Positions 49,197-56,934 of a DNA stretch of 64,000 bases are shown piece after piece. Origin of the DNA: a bacterium (GTDB lineage Bacteria; Myxococcota_A; UBA9160; UBA6930); contig JAAETT010000050.1 in the NCBI GenBank assembly GCA_024228115.1, forward strand, positions 16,750 through 80,749. Reading direction: 5' to 3'. Numbering within the stretch: position 1 is the first letter of the stretch; each line of letters starts with the position of its first letter. A program made the position numbers and the translations under genes. The notes under the pieces are model-generated. The model did not search any database. It was not told where the DNA came from and saw nothing but the letters and a program-made list of their open reading frames with translations.

Positions 49197-50504
49197 ATGG
49201 TCGCCCTTCGCTTGAGTCTCCAGGATGCGCCCCCCCTCGAGATCCCCCTTTCGTTCTTCCTGACGGCGCCCCTGGCTTTGGCAGCTGCGGGGGCCACGGT
49301 GCTCCTTGGTGGGGTCGACGTGCTCACGAGCCGTTGGGTACCCCTCACGCTCGCCGTGACGCACCTCGGCACCCTCGGCTTCGTCTCCATGGTGATGCTG
49401 GGCGCGACGTATCAGATCGTCGCGGTGGTCGTCGGGAGTCCCATCCCCTGGCGGCGTTCCGCCCACGGTGTGCATGCGCTCTTCACGCTGGGAGTCGCCG
49501 GCTTCTGCTGGGGCATCGCGAGAGGGAATCCGTCGGTCGTCTTCGTGGCGATCGCAATCCTGACCTTCGGTGTCGGTCTCTTCGTGGTACCGGTCGGCAT
49601 CGCGCTGTTCAGGGCGCCTTCTCTGAACGAGACCGTCTTCGGAATTCGCGCGGCCGTCGGCTTCTTCTTTCTTGCGGCCGTCGCGGGCATCTGGATGGCT
49701 CACGGCATGAGCGGCATGGGCTTCCCCGGCTCCCGAACGCTCTGGAGCCAGGCGCACCTCTGCATCGCGCTCGTCGGCTGGGTCGGTGGGCTGGTCGCGG
49801 CGGTCTCGTGGCAGGTGCTGCCTATGTTCTACCTCGCACCGCACCCGCCTGGTGCCCTCAAGTGGACGGTGCAGATCCTTGCAGTATTCAACGGCATCGG
49901 GCCGGCACTCATCCTTGGCGTCGACTACTTCAGCCTGCTCGGTGAGAACTCACCGCCCCTCGAGCCCGCGGTTGCGGCAGCCGCCGCGCCCGGCATCTTC
50001 GCCATCTGGATGCTGCATCCGGCCGTCGCGGCGTGGAGCCTCTCGAGGCGGCGCCGTAAGCGGGTCGACGCGAGTCTGTACTTCTGGCAGGCCGGTCTGC
50101 TGATGGCTCCGCTCACCGCGCTGGCTGCCGTCGCCGCCTGGTCGTTGGACGCGATGCACTGGGACATCCTTTTCGGATGGCTCGTGCTCTGGGGCTGGGT
50201 CGGCATGATCATGCACGGGATGCTCACGCGCATCGTGCCCTTTCTCGTCTGGCTCCATCGTTACGCGCCCCTGGTGGGGAAGATGCGGGTGCCCTCGATC
50301 AAGAAGCTGCATCCCGAGGCGCTGACGCGCCGGGGGTTTGTGCTGCACGTCTCCTCGTTGCTTCTCGGCGTCGCGGCCATCCTCACTACTTCCGATCTGC
50401 TGTGTAGGCTCGCCGGACTGTCGCTCATCCTGACGGCGGTCTCGATCGCACATTTCCTCATCCACGTGCTGCGGCAGAAACCCCCGGCTCCGCTCGTCGC
50501 CTAG
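49197..50504 (+). CDS. Polytopic membrane protein (at least 10 TM, several intramembrane His), possibly NnrS-like
   Basis: 435 aa and almost entirely hydrophobic. Lies 3 nt after the DUF2249-like gene. His-containing helices (VTHLGTLGF, QAHLCIALVGW, MIMHGMLTRIVPF). Family not assignable by eye. Confidence 0.7.
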   Translation: MVALRLSLQDAPPLEIPLSFFLTAPLALAAAGATVLLGGVDVLTSRWVPLTLAVTHLGTLGFVSMVMLGATYQIVAVVVGSPIPWRRSAHGVHALFTLGVAGFCWGIARGNPSVVFVAIAILTFGVGLFVVPVGIALFRAPSLNETVFGIRAAVGFFFLAAVAGIWMAHGMSGMGFPGSRTLWSQAHLCIALVGWVGGLVAAVSWQVLPMFYLAPHPPGALKWTVQILAVFNGIGPALILGVDYFSLLGENSPPLEPAVAAAAAPGIFAIWMLHPAVAAWSLSRRRRKRVDASLYFWQAGLLMAPLTALAAVAAWSLDAMHWDILFGWLVLWGWVGMIMHGMLTRIVPFLVWLHRYAPLVGKMRVPSIKKLHPEALTRRGFVLHVSSLLLGVAAILTTSDLLCRLAGLSLILTAVSIAHFLIHVLRQKPPAPLVA

Positions 50505-50759
50505 TCGCTGCACGATCTCCACAGGGCCGACGCGGCCTCGATCACATCGGTCAGATGGCCGAGAGCGAAGACCAACCCGCCCCGCAACGGGAACGCCTGG
50601 TCATGGGCCGGAGTGAAGCCCTCGCGAAGCCCAGAGGCGAGGGTCGAAGGCATGGAACAGCGCGGCGGGACGAGGCGTTGGATCCTACAATCGCGATCGA
50701 GAAGGCAATCAGGGTCGGCAATTGGAATCGTGGTCTGGCGAAGCGAATCGGAGCGCTGA

Positions 50760-51545
50760 GTGGTCGGATTTCATCACCTAGCAGCGGCGCTCTACCTCGT
50801 AGCAGGGATAGGAGCCGTGGTCGGCATGGTGTTGCCGGAGCCTCGCCTGAGGCGTGGCGGCATCTGGGTGCTCGGGTTGGGCGCAGGCGCGCAGATCCTG
50901 GCGTTTGCCTCCCTCCACCGGTCTGGCGAATCCGTCGCCATCACGTCGCTTTCTCTCGTGATCTCGGTGACGACCTGGATGTCCGTCGTCTTCTTTCTGA
51001 TGCTGCGCCTGCGGGTTCACCTGCCGGGACTCGCGGTGGGGCTCGGCCCGGTGGCCTTCTTGGCGGTCTTCGTCTCGTCTCTCGGCATGCAGCCGGAGGC
51101 AGGCGTTTCGACTGCGCCGGTCGGTACGCTGCCCCATGTGCACGTACTGCTCGCGAGCGCCGGCCAGGCGCTGCTGGGCATCGCGGGTTTCGCGGGCTTG
51201 CTCTATCTCGCGGAGCATCGGCGCCTGAAGGCCAAACGTCCGCTCGACGAGTTCGGTCTGCCCTCCTTGGAGGCTCTGGATCGGGTCAACCGCGTTGCGA
51301 TCGCCGTTGGCTTCTTGTTGCTGAGCTTGGGGATCGTGACGGGGATGTTCTGGTTGCGAGAATCTCTCGGGCAAGTCTTGCGTGGTAGCCCCCACGAAGC
51401 CTGGATGCTGATCTGCTGGGCGATCTACGCCGGGTTGGTGACGGCTCGCCTCGCTGGGCGCCAGAGTGCCCGTCAGGCCGCTGCCTGTGCCTTGGCGGGC
51501 TTCGTGTTCCTGTTCTTCGGTGTCATCGGTGTGGGGATGCTGTGA
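50760..51545 (+). CDS. CcsA/YpjD (HemX-type) cytochrome c assembly family membrane protein
   Basis: 8-TM pattern; degenerate W-rich loop GMFWLRESLGQVLRGSPHEAWMLICWAIYA. GTG start. Confidence 0.65.
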   Translation: MVGFHHLAAALYLVAGIGAVVGMVLPEPRLRRGGIWVLGLGAGAQILAFASLHRSGESVAITSLSLVISVTTWMSVVFFLMLRLRVHLPGLAVGLGPVAFLAVFVSSLGMQPEAGVSTAPVGTLPHVHVLLASAGQALLGIAGFAGLLYLAEHRRLKAKRPLDEFGLPSLEALDRVNRVAIAVGFLLLSLGIVTGMFWLRESLGQVLRGSPHEAWMLICWAIYAGLVTARLAGRQSARQAAACALAGFVFLFFGVIGVGML

Positions 51546-51732
51546 TGAGGTCGCACCGCCATGTGGCGTTTCGCCACAGATGAAACCGGGGTTCAGGGCC
51601 CACCCCGTCGGGTCTATCGCTCGTGGGAGGCTATGACCGCGATCATATGCGCTGGCCGAGGCGCGGGTTACTCAAATGAAGAGACAGGCATTTTGCCGGC
51701 CGTGTGCGGCGCGCCCGCACCGAGGAGATTCG

Positions 51733-52242
51733 ATGGCCTCTGCAACCCCCTCTGTCGTCATCGCCCAGAAGGACGGCACTGTCGTCTCGCAGAATACTCC
51801 GGCGCGTCGATTGATGGGCCCCGGGGAGGGCAAGCTGTGCTGGGACGTGGTGGGCGGGCTGGAGGGGGCCGAGGGGCTTCCCTGCCAGACGAACTGTGTG
51901 GGGCGTCTGCTGTCGGAGGGGCTGGAGCGTACGCAGCGGGTAGACCTCAAGCTCGCTGGGAGAGAGCATCGTCTCACCTGCGTGCCGGTCGACGACACCG
52001 CTGTCTGCGTGCTCAACTGCGGTGTGGAGCACGATCCTGATCAGTGGCAAACCCTGACGGCCCGCGAGCAGGAGGTGCTTTCACTTCTCGCCGCGGGTGA
52101 CGAGACGCCGGCAGCGGCGAAGAAGCTGGGCGTCAGCGAGTACACGGTGCGCACCCACGTCGAGAAGATGCGGTCCAAGCTCGGCGTCGGGACCCGCGCT
52201 GCTCTCGTTGCCCTGGGCTTTCGCTTCGGATACCTGAGCTGA
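51733..52242 (+). CDS. One-component regulator: Cys-rich PAS-like sensor plus LuxR/GerE HTH
   Basis: GAGGAG SD before the ATG at 51733. N-terminal approximately 100 aa with six Cys (C36, C51, C55, C83, C92, C96). C-terminal LTAREQEVLSLLAAGDETPAAAKKLGVSEYTVRTHVEKMRSKLG. Confidence 0.8.
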   Translation: MASATPSVVIAQKDGTVVSQNTPARRLMGPGEGKLCWDVVGGLEGAEGLPCQTNCVGRLLSEGLERTQRVDLKLAGREHRLTCVPVDDTAVCVLNCGVEHDPDQWQTLTAREQEVLSLLAAGDETPAAAKKLGVSEYTVRTHVEKMRSKLGVGTRAALVALGFRFGYLS

Positions 52243-52616
52243 GCGATCCGCGTCGCTCCTCCCATTTCTGGCGCAGGGCCATGAGCACACACGCGCTATC
52301 ACCGTGGCCTGGCCGACTCGCGCGCCGTGGCCCTTGGAAACAGGGCGCTACTCTTCCCGTGCCGTCGCAGATCGTCGTCGCTCCTCCCTGATGGAGTTGC
52401 CGCCAGAAGCCGTGCCTTGGGGCGCTACCGGTTTGACGGAGGTACGTGGAAATGGCCCGTGCGTGGACCGAGGAATACCGCGTACCCTTCCCGCAGGCTC
52501 GAGTGAATCGGATCGCAGCGGCTTCTCGTCGGGCGATGGTCTCGCGAATGCATTCAGGGTCCACACGTCGTGTGGGGATCACGAGGAGACACGAAACGGT
52601 GTACGGACAGCAGTCC

Positions 52617-53372
52617 ATGCGCTTTGGGCCGCCGGAGACCCCGAAGATCGTCAAGCAGCTGATGATCGCGAACCTGGTGGTGTACATCGCACAAATGATC
52701 GCACCGAGCATCTCGGATCTGGGCTCCGTGCGACCCAGCGCCGTGTGGCAGGAGGGCTACCTCTGGCAGCCCTTCACATACATGTGGTTACACGGTGGCT
52801 TCGCGCACATCGCGATGAACTGCTTTGCGCTGTGGATGTTCGGTTCAGAGCTCGCCATGGTCTGGGGGAAGAAACGCTTCCTCCGCTACTACCTGTTGTG
52901 CGGTATCGGCGCTGGCCTCATCATCGCGAGCTGGCCGTTCGTGATGCTGATCTTTCGTGACCCGGACGCGGCCGGGCTGGACACCTACACGCTAGGCGCA
53001 TCGGGCGCGGTCTATGGCGTACTCTTGGCCTACTCGCTGACGTGGCCGGATCGCCGCATCATGCTGATCTTCCCACCGGTGAGCTTCCGCGCCATCTGGC
53101 TGATTCCGGCGCTCCTGGGCATGACGATGATGATGAGCGGATCCGAGGGCGGCATCAGTCATGTCGGCCATCTGGGCGGTGTGTTGGTGGCCTGGCTCTA
53201 CCTGCGGCGCCATGGCGTGACCAGCGGGCACGCCCCCTCCGACGCCCGCTCCTCGAACGCCCTCAAGCGCCGCTGGCGGCGCTGGCGAATGCGGAAGAGG
53301 CTGCGCGCCGTCCGCCCCGAGGATGCCCAGCGGCGGCCCGAGGACCAGGACGAAAGGGACCTGGCTCCCTGA
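52617..53372 (+). CDS. Rhomboid-family intramembrane serine protease
   Basis: WLHGGFAHIAMN, catalytic GASGAVYG and HLGG motifs; basic C-terminal tail. Confidence 0.85.
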   Translation: MRFGPPETPKIVKQLMIANLVVYIAQMIAPSISDLGSVRPSAVWQEGYLWQPFTYMWLHGGFAHIAMNCFALWMFGSELAMVWGKKRFLRYYLLCGIGAGLIIASWPFVMLIFRDPDAAGLDTYTLGASGAVYGVLLAYSLTWPDRRIMLIFPPVSFRAIWLIPALLGMTMMMSGSEGGISHVGHLGGVLVAWLYLRRHGVTSGHAPSDARSSNALKRRWRRWRMRKRLRAVRPEDAQRRPEDQDERDLAP

Positions 53373-53528
53373 AACGAGGAGCGATCCACCAGAACACCAG
53401 AGCTTCCTCTAACCTACATGCACGTACCGCAGCCGGGGCCTGGTCACCCGCAGGTCTCAGTCGGCAGGTAGCCGTCTTCCGGCCACCAGGGGCCATCACT
53501 GGTCGCGGGACGTGCAGGAGTTTCTCGT

Positions 53529-54143
53529 ATGAGCGGTCGGAGCGTCATCGCGTTCGACCAGAAACGACGCTCGCGGCGCCTCTTTCCGGAAGAGAGCATC
53601 GTGGCGATGTTCGTCTTCTTGATCTTCGACGCGATGATCGTCGCCGGCACCGTGGGCGGCTTCGTGCTCACGCGAGCGGCCGCTGGCGACACCTGGCCCC
53701 CGGCCGGGCAGCCATGGTTCCTGCCGGAGGATCTGGCGATCAACACCGCCGTCTTGCTGATGAGCGGTGCCCTGGTCTTCTTGGCGGCTCGCTCGTGGGA
53801 GAATCAAAAGAGCCGGATCGGCCCCCTCCTCCTCGCCGCCATCGCGTCCGGAACCTTCTTCGTAGTCTTCCAGGGCGTCCTATGGATCAGCCTGATCCGC
53901 CAGGGGTTGACCCTGAGCTCGAGCCAGCACGGCTACCTCTTCTGCGTCATCGTGGCGACGCACGTCGCCCACGCCGTGGGCGCCTTGATCCTCCTGAGCG
54001 TCATCTGGCTGCGCCTGAAGCCTCTGCGCGACGATGCCCCTGATCAGCGGCAATCCTCGAGCAGCAGCTTTCGGGTAGTGCGCCTCCTCTGGTACTACAC
54101 GGTGGGCGTCTGGCCGGTCCTCTGCCTCTGCCTCTATCGATGA
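53529..54143 (+). CDS. Haem-copper oxidase subunit III-like membrane protein (NorE-like)
   Basis: About 5 TM, CoxIII-type C-terminal helices (YLFCVIVATHVAHAVGALILL ... LLWYYTVGVWPVL). No subunit I/II gene is adjacent. Confidence 0.65.
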   Translation: MSGRSVIAFDQKRRSRRLFPEESIVAMFVFLIFDAMIVAGTVGGFVLTRAAAGDTWPPAGQPWFLPEDLAINTAVLLMSGALVFLAARSWENQKSRIGPLLLAAIASGTFFVVFQGVLWISLIRQGLTLSSSQHGYLFCVIVATHVAHAVGALILLSVIWLRLKPLRDDAPDQRQSSSSSFRVVRLLWYYTVGVWPVLCLCLYR

Positions 54144-54191
54144 GGAGAGAGCCCCGGTTGCCCCTGGCACCTCACGGGGTGGGGGTCCGCT

Positions 54192-54854
54192 TCACCAGGC
54201 CGCCGCGCAGCCACCCGCCGGCAGGCCGACCCGCGCGCGCAGGTCGACGAGCGGCTCAGCCATGACTTCCTCGTACCGGAAGCGGAACAGGTTTGGCAGC
54301 GCCTGTGCGGTCTTGACGAGCCTGCGGCTCTCGGCCCAGATCCCACCCCGCTTCAGGTAGCGGGCCGCCAAGTATGGCAATGCCGCCGTGAAGATGGTCG
54401 ACACTGGATCCCGTGTGTTGACGAAGAGAAACAGGTGCAGCGCGATCTCCTGGGGGGGGGAGGCGCCGATGCCGAGCATGACGTGGTGCAGGTCGTGTAG
54501 ACGTGCGAAGCGCGCGAACACCCAGTCGCGTTCCAGGTCTTCGAGGGAGCCCGGGCATATCTTGGCGTGGAAATCCGGGTCGAAGCCATTCATCGTGAAG
54601 AAGCGACTGTAGGCTCCGCCGAGTGTGGTCTCCGGCAGGCTTGCCAACGCGTCGAGATCGACTGGTGTGCGGGTCAGCGATTCCAGGAGCACACGCTCCG
54701 ACGCATCGACGCCGACGAGCATCTGCCGGCATGCCAGCCTCATCATCGGCGTGTCGGCAATGCTGTGCAGGAATTCGATGCCCAGATCGAGAGCGAACGG
54801 GTCATTCAACAACCCGGGCAGAGATCTCAGAAGCGGTCGGAGGTGAAGTGCCAA
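54192..54854 (-). CDS. Coq4-family protein
   Basis: HDLHHVMLGIGASPPQE matches the Coq4 HDxxH-x(n)-E metal motif. 220 aa. Confidence 0.65.
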   Translation of the reverse strand: MALHLRPLLRSLPGLLNDPFALDLGIEFLHSIADTPMMRLACRQMLVGVDASERVLLESLTRTPVDLDALASLPETTLGGAYSRFFTMNGFDPDFHAKICPGSLEDLERDWVFARFARLHDLHHVMLGIGASPPQEIALHLFLFVNTRDPVSTIFTAALPYLAARYLKRGGIWAESRRLVKTAQALPNLFRFRYEEVMAEPLVDLRARVGLPAGGCAAAW

Positions 54855-54860
54855 AACGAG

Positions 54861-55115
54861 TCAGTTCAGTAGCCCGAGCACGATTCGAATGAGCCCGAAC
54901 GCGATCAGGAAAGGAGGGCCGTGCTTGCTGAATGTGGGGTGTTGGGCGCGCCAGTTCGAGAAGAACTCGACGCTCGCTTCGGTCCGATGGATCTTGCCAT
55001 GGATCAGGGCGTGGCAGAACACGCCGCCCACGATATTGGCAGCCCCGATCAGATAGTCCAACATCTGACGTCGACCCATCTCGGTGGGGAGTTCGAAGAA
55101 GCAGCCGTCATCCAC
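54861..55115 (-). CDS. Hypothetical small protein (84 aa, hydrophobic C-terminus)
   Basis: GC3-rich ORF packed between the ferredoxin gene (30 nt) and the Coq4-like gene (6 nt) on the same strand. Confidence 0.45.
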   Translation of the reverse strand: MDDGCFFELPTEMGRRQMLDYLIGAANIVGGVFCHALIHGKIHRTEASVEFFSNWRAQHPTFSKHGPPFLIAFGLIRIVLGLLN

Positions 55116-55145
55116 CGGGCTTCGGCATTTCCCATTGCCGAAGAG

Positions 55146-55523
55146 CTACGCATCCTTGAACTCGGGCTCGGCCACGCTTCGGGGGAGAGCCTTGCGCGAG
55201 GGAATCAATCGCTCCCACCATTTCGGAGCATTGGCCGCCCGGAAGCGGGACGTCCTGGGCGAGAGAGTGGGCGGTGTGGGGGACTTGGCGTGGATTTTCT
55301 TGGCGCGCTCGAACAACACCTCTTCGGTTATCACGTTGCCGGGATCCCGGATGCAGGCATTGTCGATCGGGCATACCGCGGCACACTGCTCCGAGGAAAA
55401 GAAGCCCACGCACTCCGTGCAGAGAGCGGCGTTGATCACGACCCTGTCCTCGCCCGCCTGAATGCCATTGTTGGGGCAGCTGAGGAGACACGCGCCGCAG
55501 TTGATGCATGCGTCGGTGATCAT
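55146..55523 (-). CDS. 2x[4Fe-4S] ferredoxin (YfhL-like) with a basic C-terminal extension
   Basis: MITDACINCGACLLSCP ... CTECVGFFSSEQCAAVCP. The ORF-track start at 55700 is an upstream extension. Confidence 0.8.
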   Translation of the reverse strand: MITDACINCGACLLSCPNNGIQAGEDRVVINAALCTECVGFFSSEQCAAVCPIDNACIRDPGNVITEEVLFERAKKIHAKSPTPPTLSPRTSRFRAANAPKWWERLIPSRKALPRSVAEPEFKDA

Positions 55524-55815
55524 GGTCGGCAATGAAGGGCCTCCTCGGCGTCTGCCCCAAGTCCAAGCGCGGGCCTTTCTAGCCCATGATGGAGGACACA
55601 ACAGGGGGCTGCTCAGCGCATCGGTCATACGGCCGATCCTCCGGCAGGTGACCGATGCGGCAGCGTGTGCGAGGGTAACTCGGAGGCTCTCCGGCACCAA
55701 GGTGAGGGCTCTGGCGTGATATCCTGAGCTTCCCCCCTCGCCTTTCTCGTCCGATCGAAGAAAGCCGGCTGGTCTCCGTCATGGGACGGACACGGATGGA
55801 GGTCTGAGAGATCCG

Positions 55816-56181
55816 ATGAAATTCACCAAGGAATTGAAGCTCGTCATCTTGGGGGCAACAACGGTCCTGATGGTGCCCAGTGTCTGCGCGGTCACCTTGG
55901 TTAGTGTCGGGATGTCGGTAAATGACGTCCAGACACAGGATCTCTCCAAGACGGAGGATCCTCCGCCAATCGCCACGCTCGCGGAGTTCGAACGGATCCG
56001 GGAAGGCATGAGCCATCAGGAGGTCATCGCGATCGTGGGCGACCCAGGAGTTGCAGCCGCCCCGGAAGGTGGCGATGGGCAGACAAGCGTCACCGTATGG
56101 CAGAACAGCGACGCCTCGCACATGAATGCGACCTTCGAAAACGGTCAACTCGTGAAGAAGGCGCAGCTGTATCTGAAATAG
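55816..56181 (+). CDS. Secreted/anchored DUF3862 (BLIP/SmpA-OmlA-like) domain protein
   Basis: N-terminal hydrophobic anchor plus C-terminal TLAEFERIREGMSHQEVIAIVG...WQN...ATFENGQLVKKAQ. Lower-GC segment. Confidence 0.6.
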   Translation: MKFTKELKLVILGATTVLMVPSVCAVTLVSVGMSVNDVQTQDLSKTEDPPPIATLAEFERIREGMSHQEVIAIVGDPGVAAAPEGGDGQTSVTVWQNSDASHMNATFENGQLVKKAQLYLK

Positions 56182-56307
56182 GCCCTTCGGAGCTTCGCTA
56201 CGGATTGATCTTCTCGGGGCAACATCGGTGCGCTGCTGGCTCTGAACTCGCTGGGCGCAGCAGCGAGGGCGACTCCGACGCAACCGATCTCGCTGCGGAG
56301 ATCGGCT

Positions 56308-56643
56308 CTAATTGCGGCCCCGAAATCGGCGAATGAGCCACAGGATCCCCAGCACGTCTGCCCCAACCAGGAGCAGGAGGAGAAAAGTGAAGCTGGTACT
56401 GAAGGGTCCGGTCTCGGAAGAATCGAAGTGATGTACAGAATCCTCAGGGGCGAACACGGACCATGCTGCTGCAATGGTCGCGAACGCCAACAGCGCGGCG
56501 ACGGCGAAGTATCTGAAGATTTCGACTCGTTTCACGACTGCCGTTCTGCCGCCCGCGTTCGGATTCAGTTGCGCACCAATACCGGCCCGGCTCACGTTCG
56601 TTCGATTCCACTGCCAGGCTGAGCCTTGCCGAGAGGATGGCAC
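56308..56643 (-). CDS. Hypothetical two-TM small protein
   Basis: Two hydrophobic helices (YFAVAALLAFATIAAAW, FTFLLLLLVGADVLGILWLI). GTG start with a weak SD, so the true start is uncertain. Confidence 0.35.
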   Translation of the reverse strand: MPSSRQGSAWQWNRTNVSRAGIGAQLNPNAGGRTAVVKRVEIFRYFAVAALLAFATIAAAWSVFAPEDSVHHFDSSETGPFSTSFTFLLLLLVGADVLGILWLIRRFRGRN

Positions 56644-56934
56644 CTTTCAGGCAGTGAAACAACGCCCGGCCATGTCGTGACGGGCCAGATCGGCGGCCGA
56701 GGGTCGTTGTTATGTAGCGAGCACGAGCTGTCGGCGGGTTGCCTCCGGACTCCGGGTGCGCTGAAAACTGGGCCGGTTGCAGGGCGTCATTTCGAGAAGG
56801 GACTGCCGGTGCTGACTGGAACACCCGCCCCCATTCGGATCAAGACGAGGGAATCGGATCCAGTCAGAATGATCGCAGCGATTCCCAGGTGGAAATGAGG
56901 TCAAACAAGGCAGCGATCGTCCCGGCGGCAAGTA

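Noticed and set aside
56760-56900. Cobalamin-riboswitch-like fragments (AAGGGA, GGTG, CCCGCC, CCAGTCAGAATGA) on the + strand
   Set aside because: The resemblance to the B12-box and core is only patchy. No + strand gene lies downstream, because the next gene is norZ on the minus strand. It would need a covariance-model scan (Rfam RF00174) to revive.
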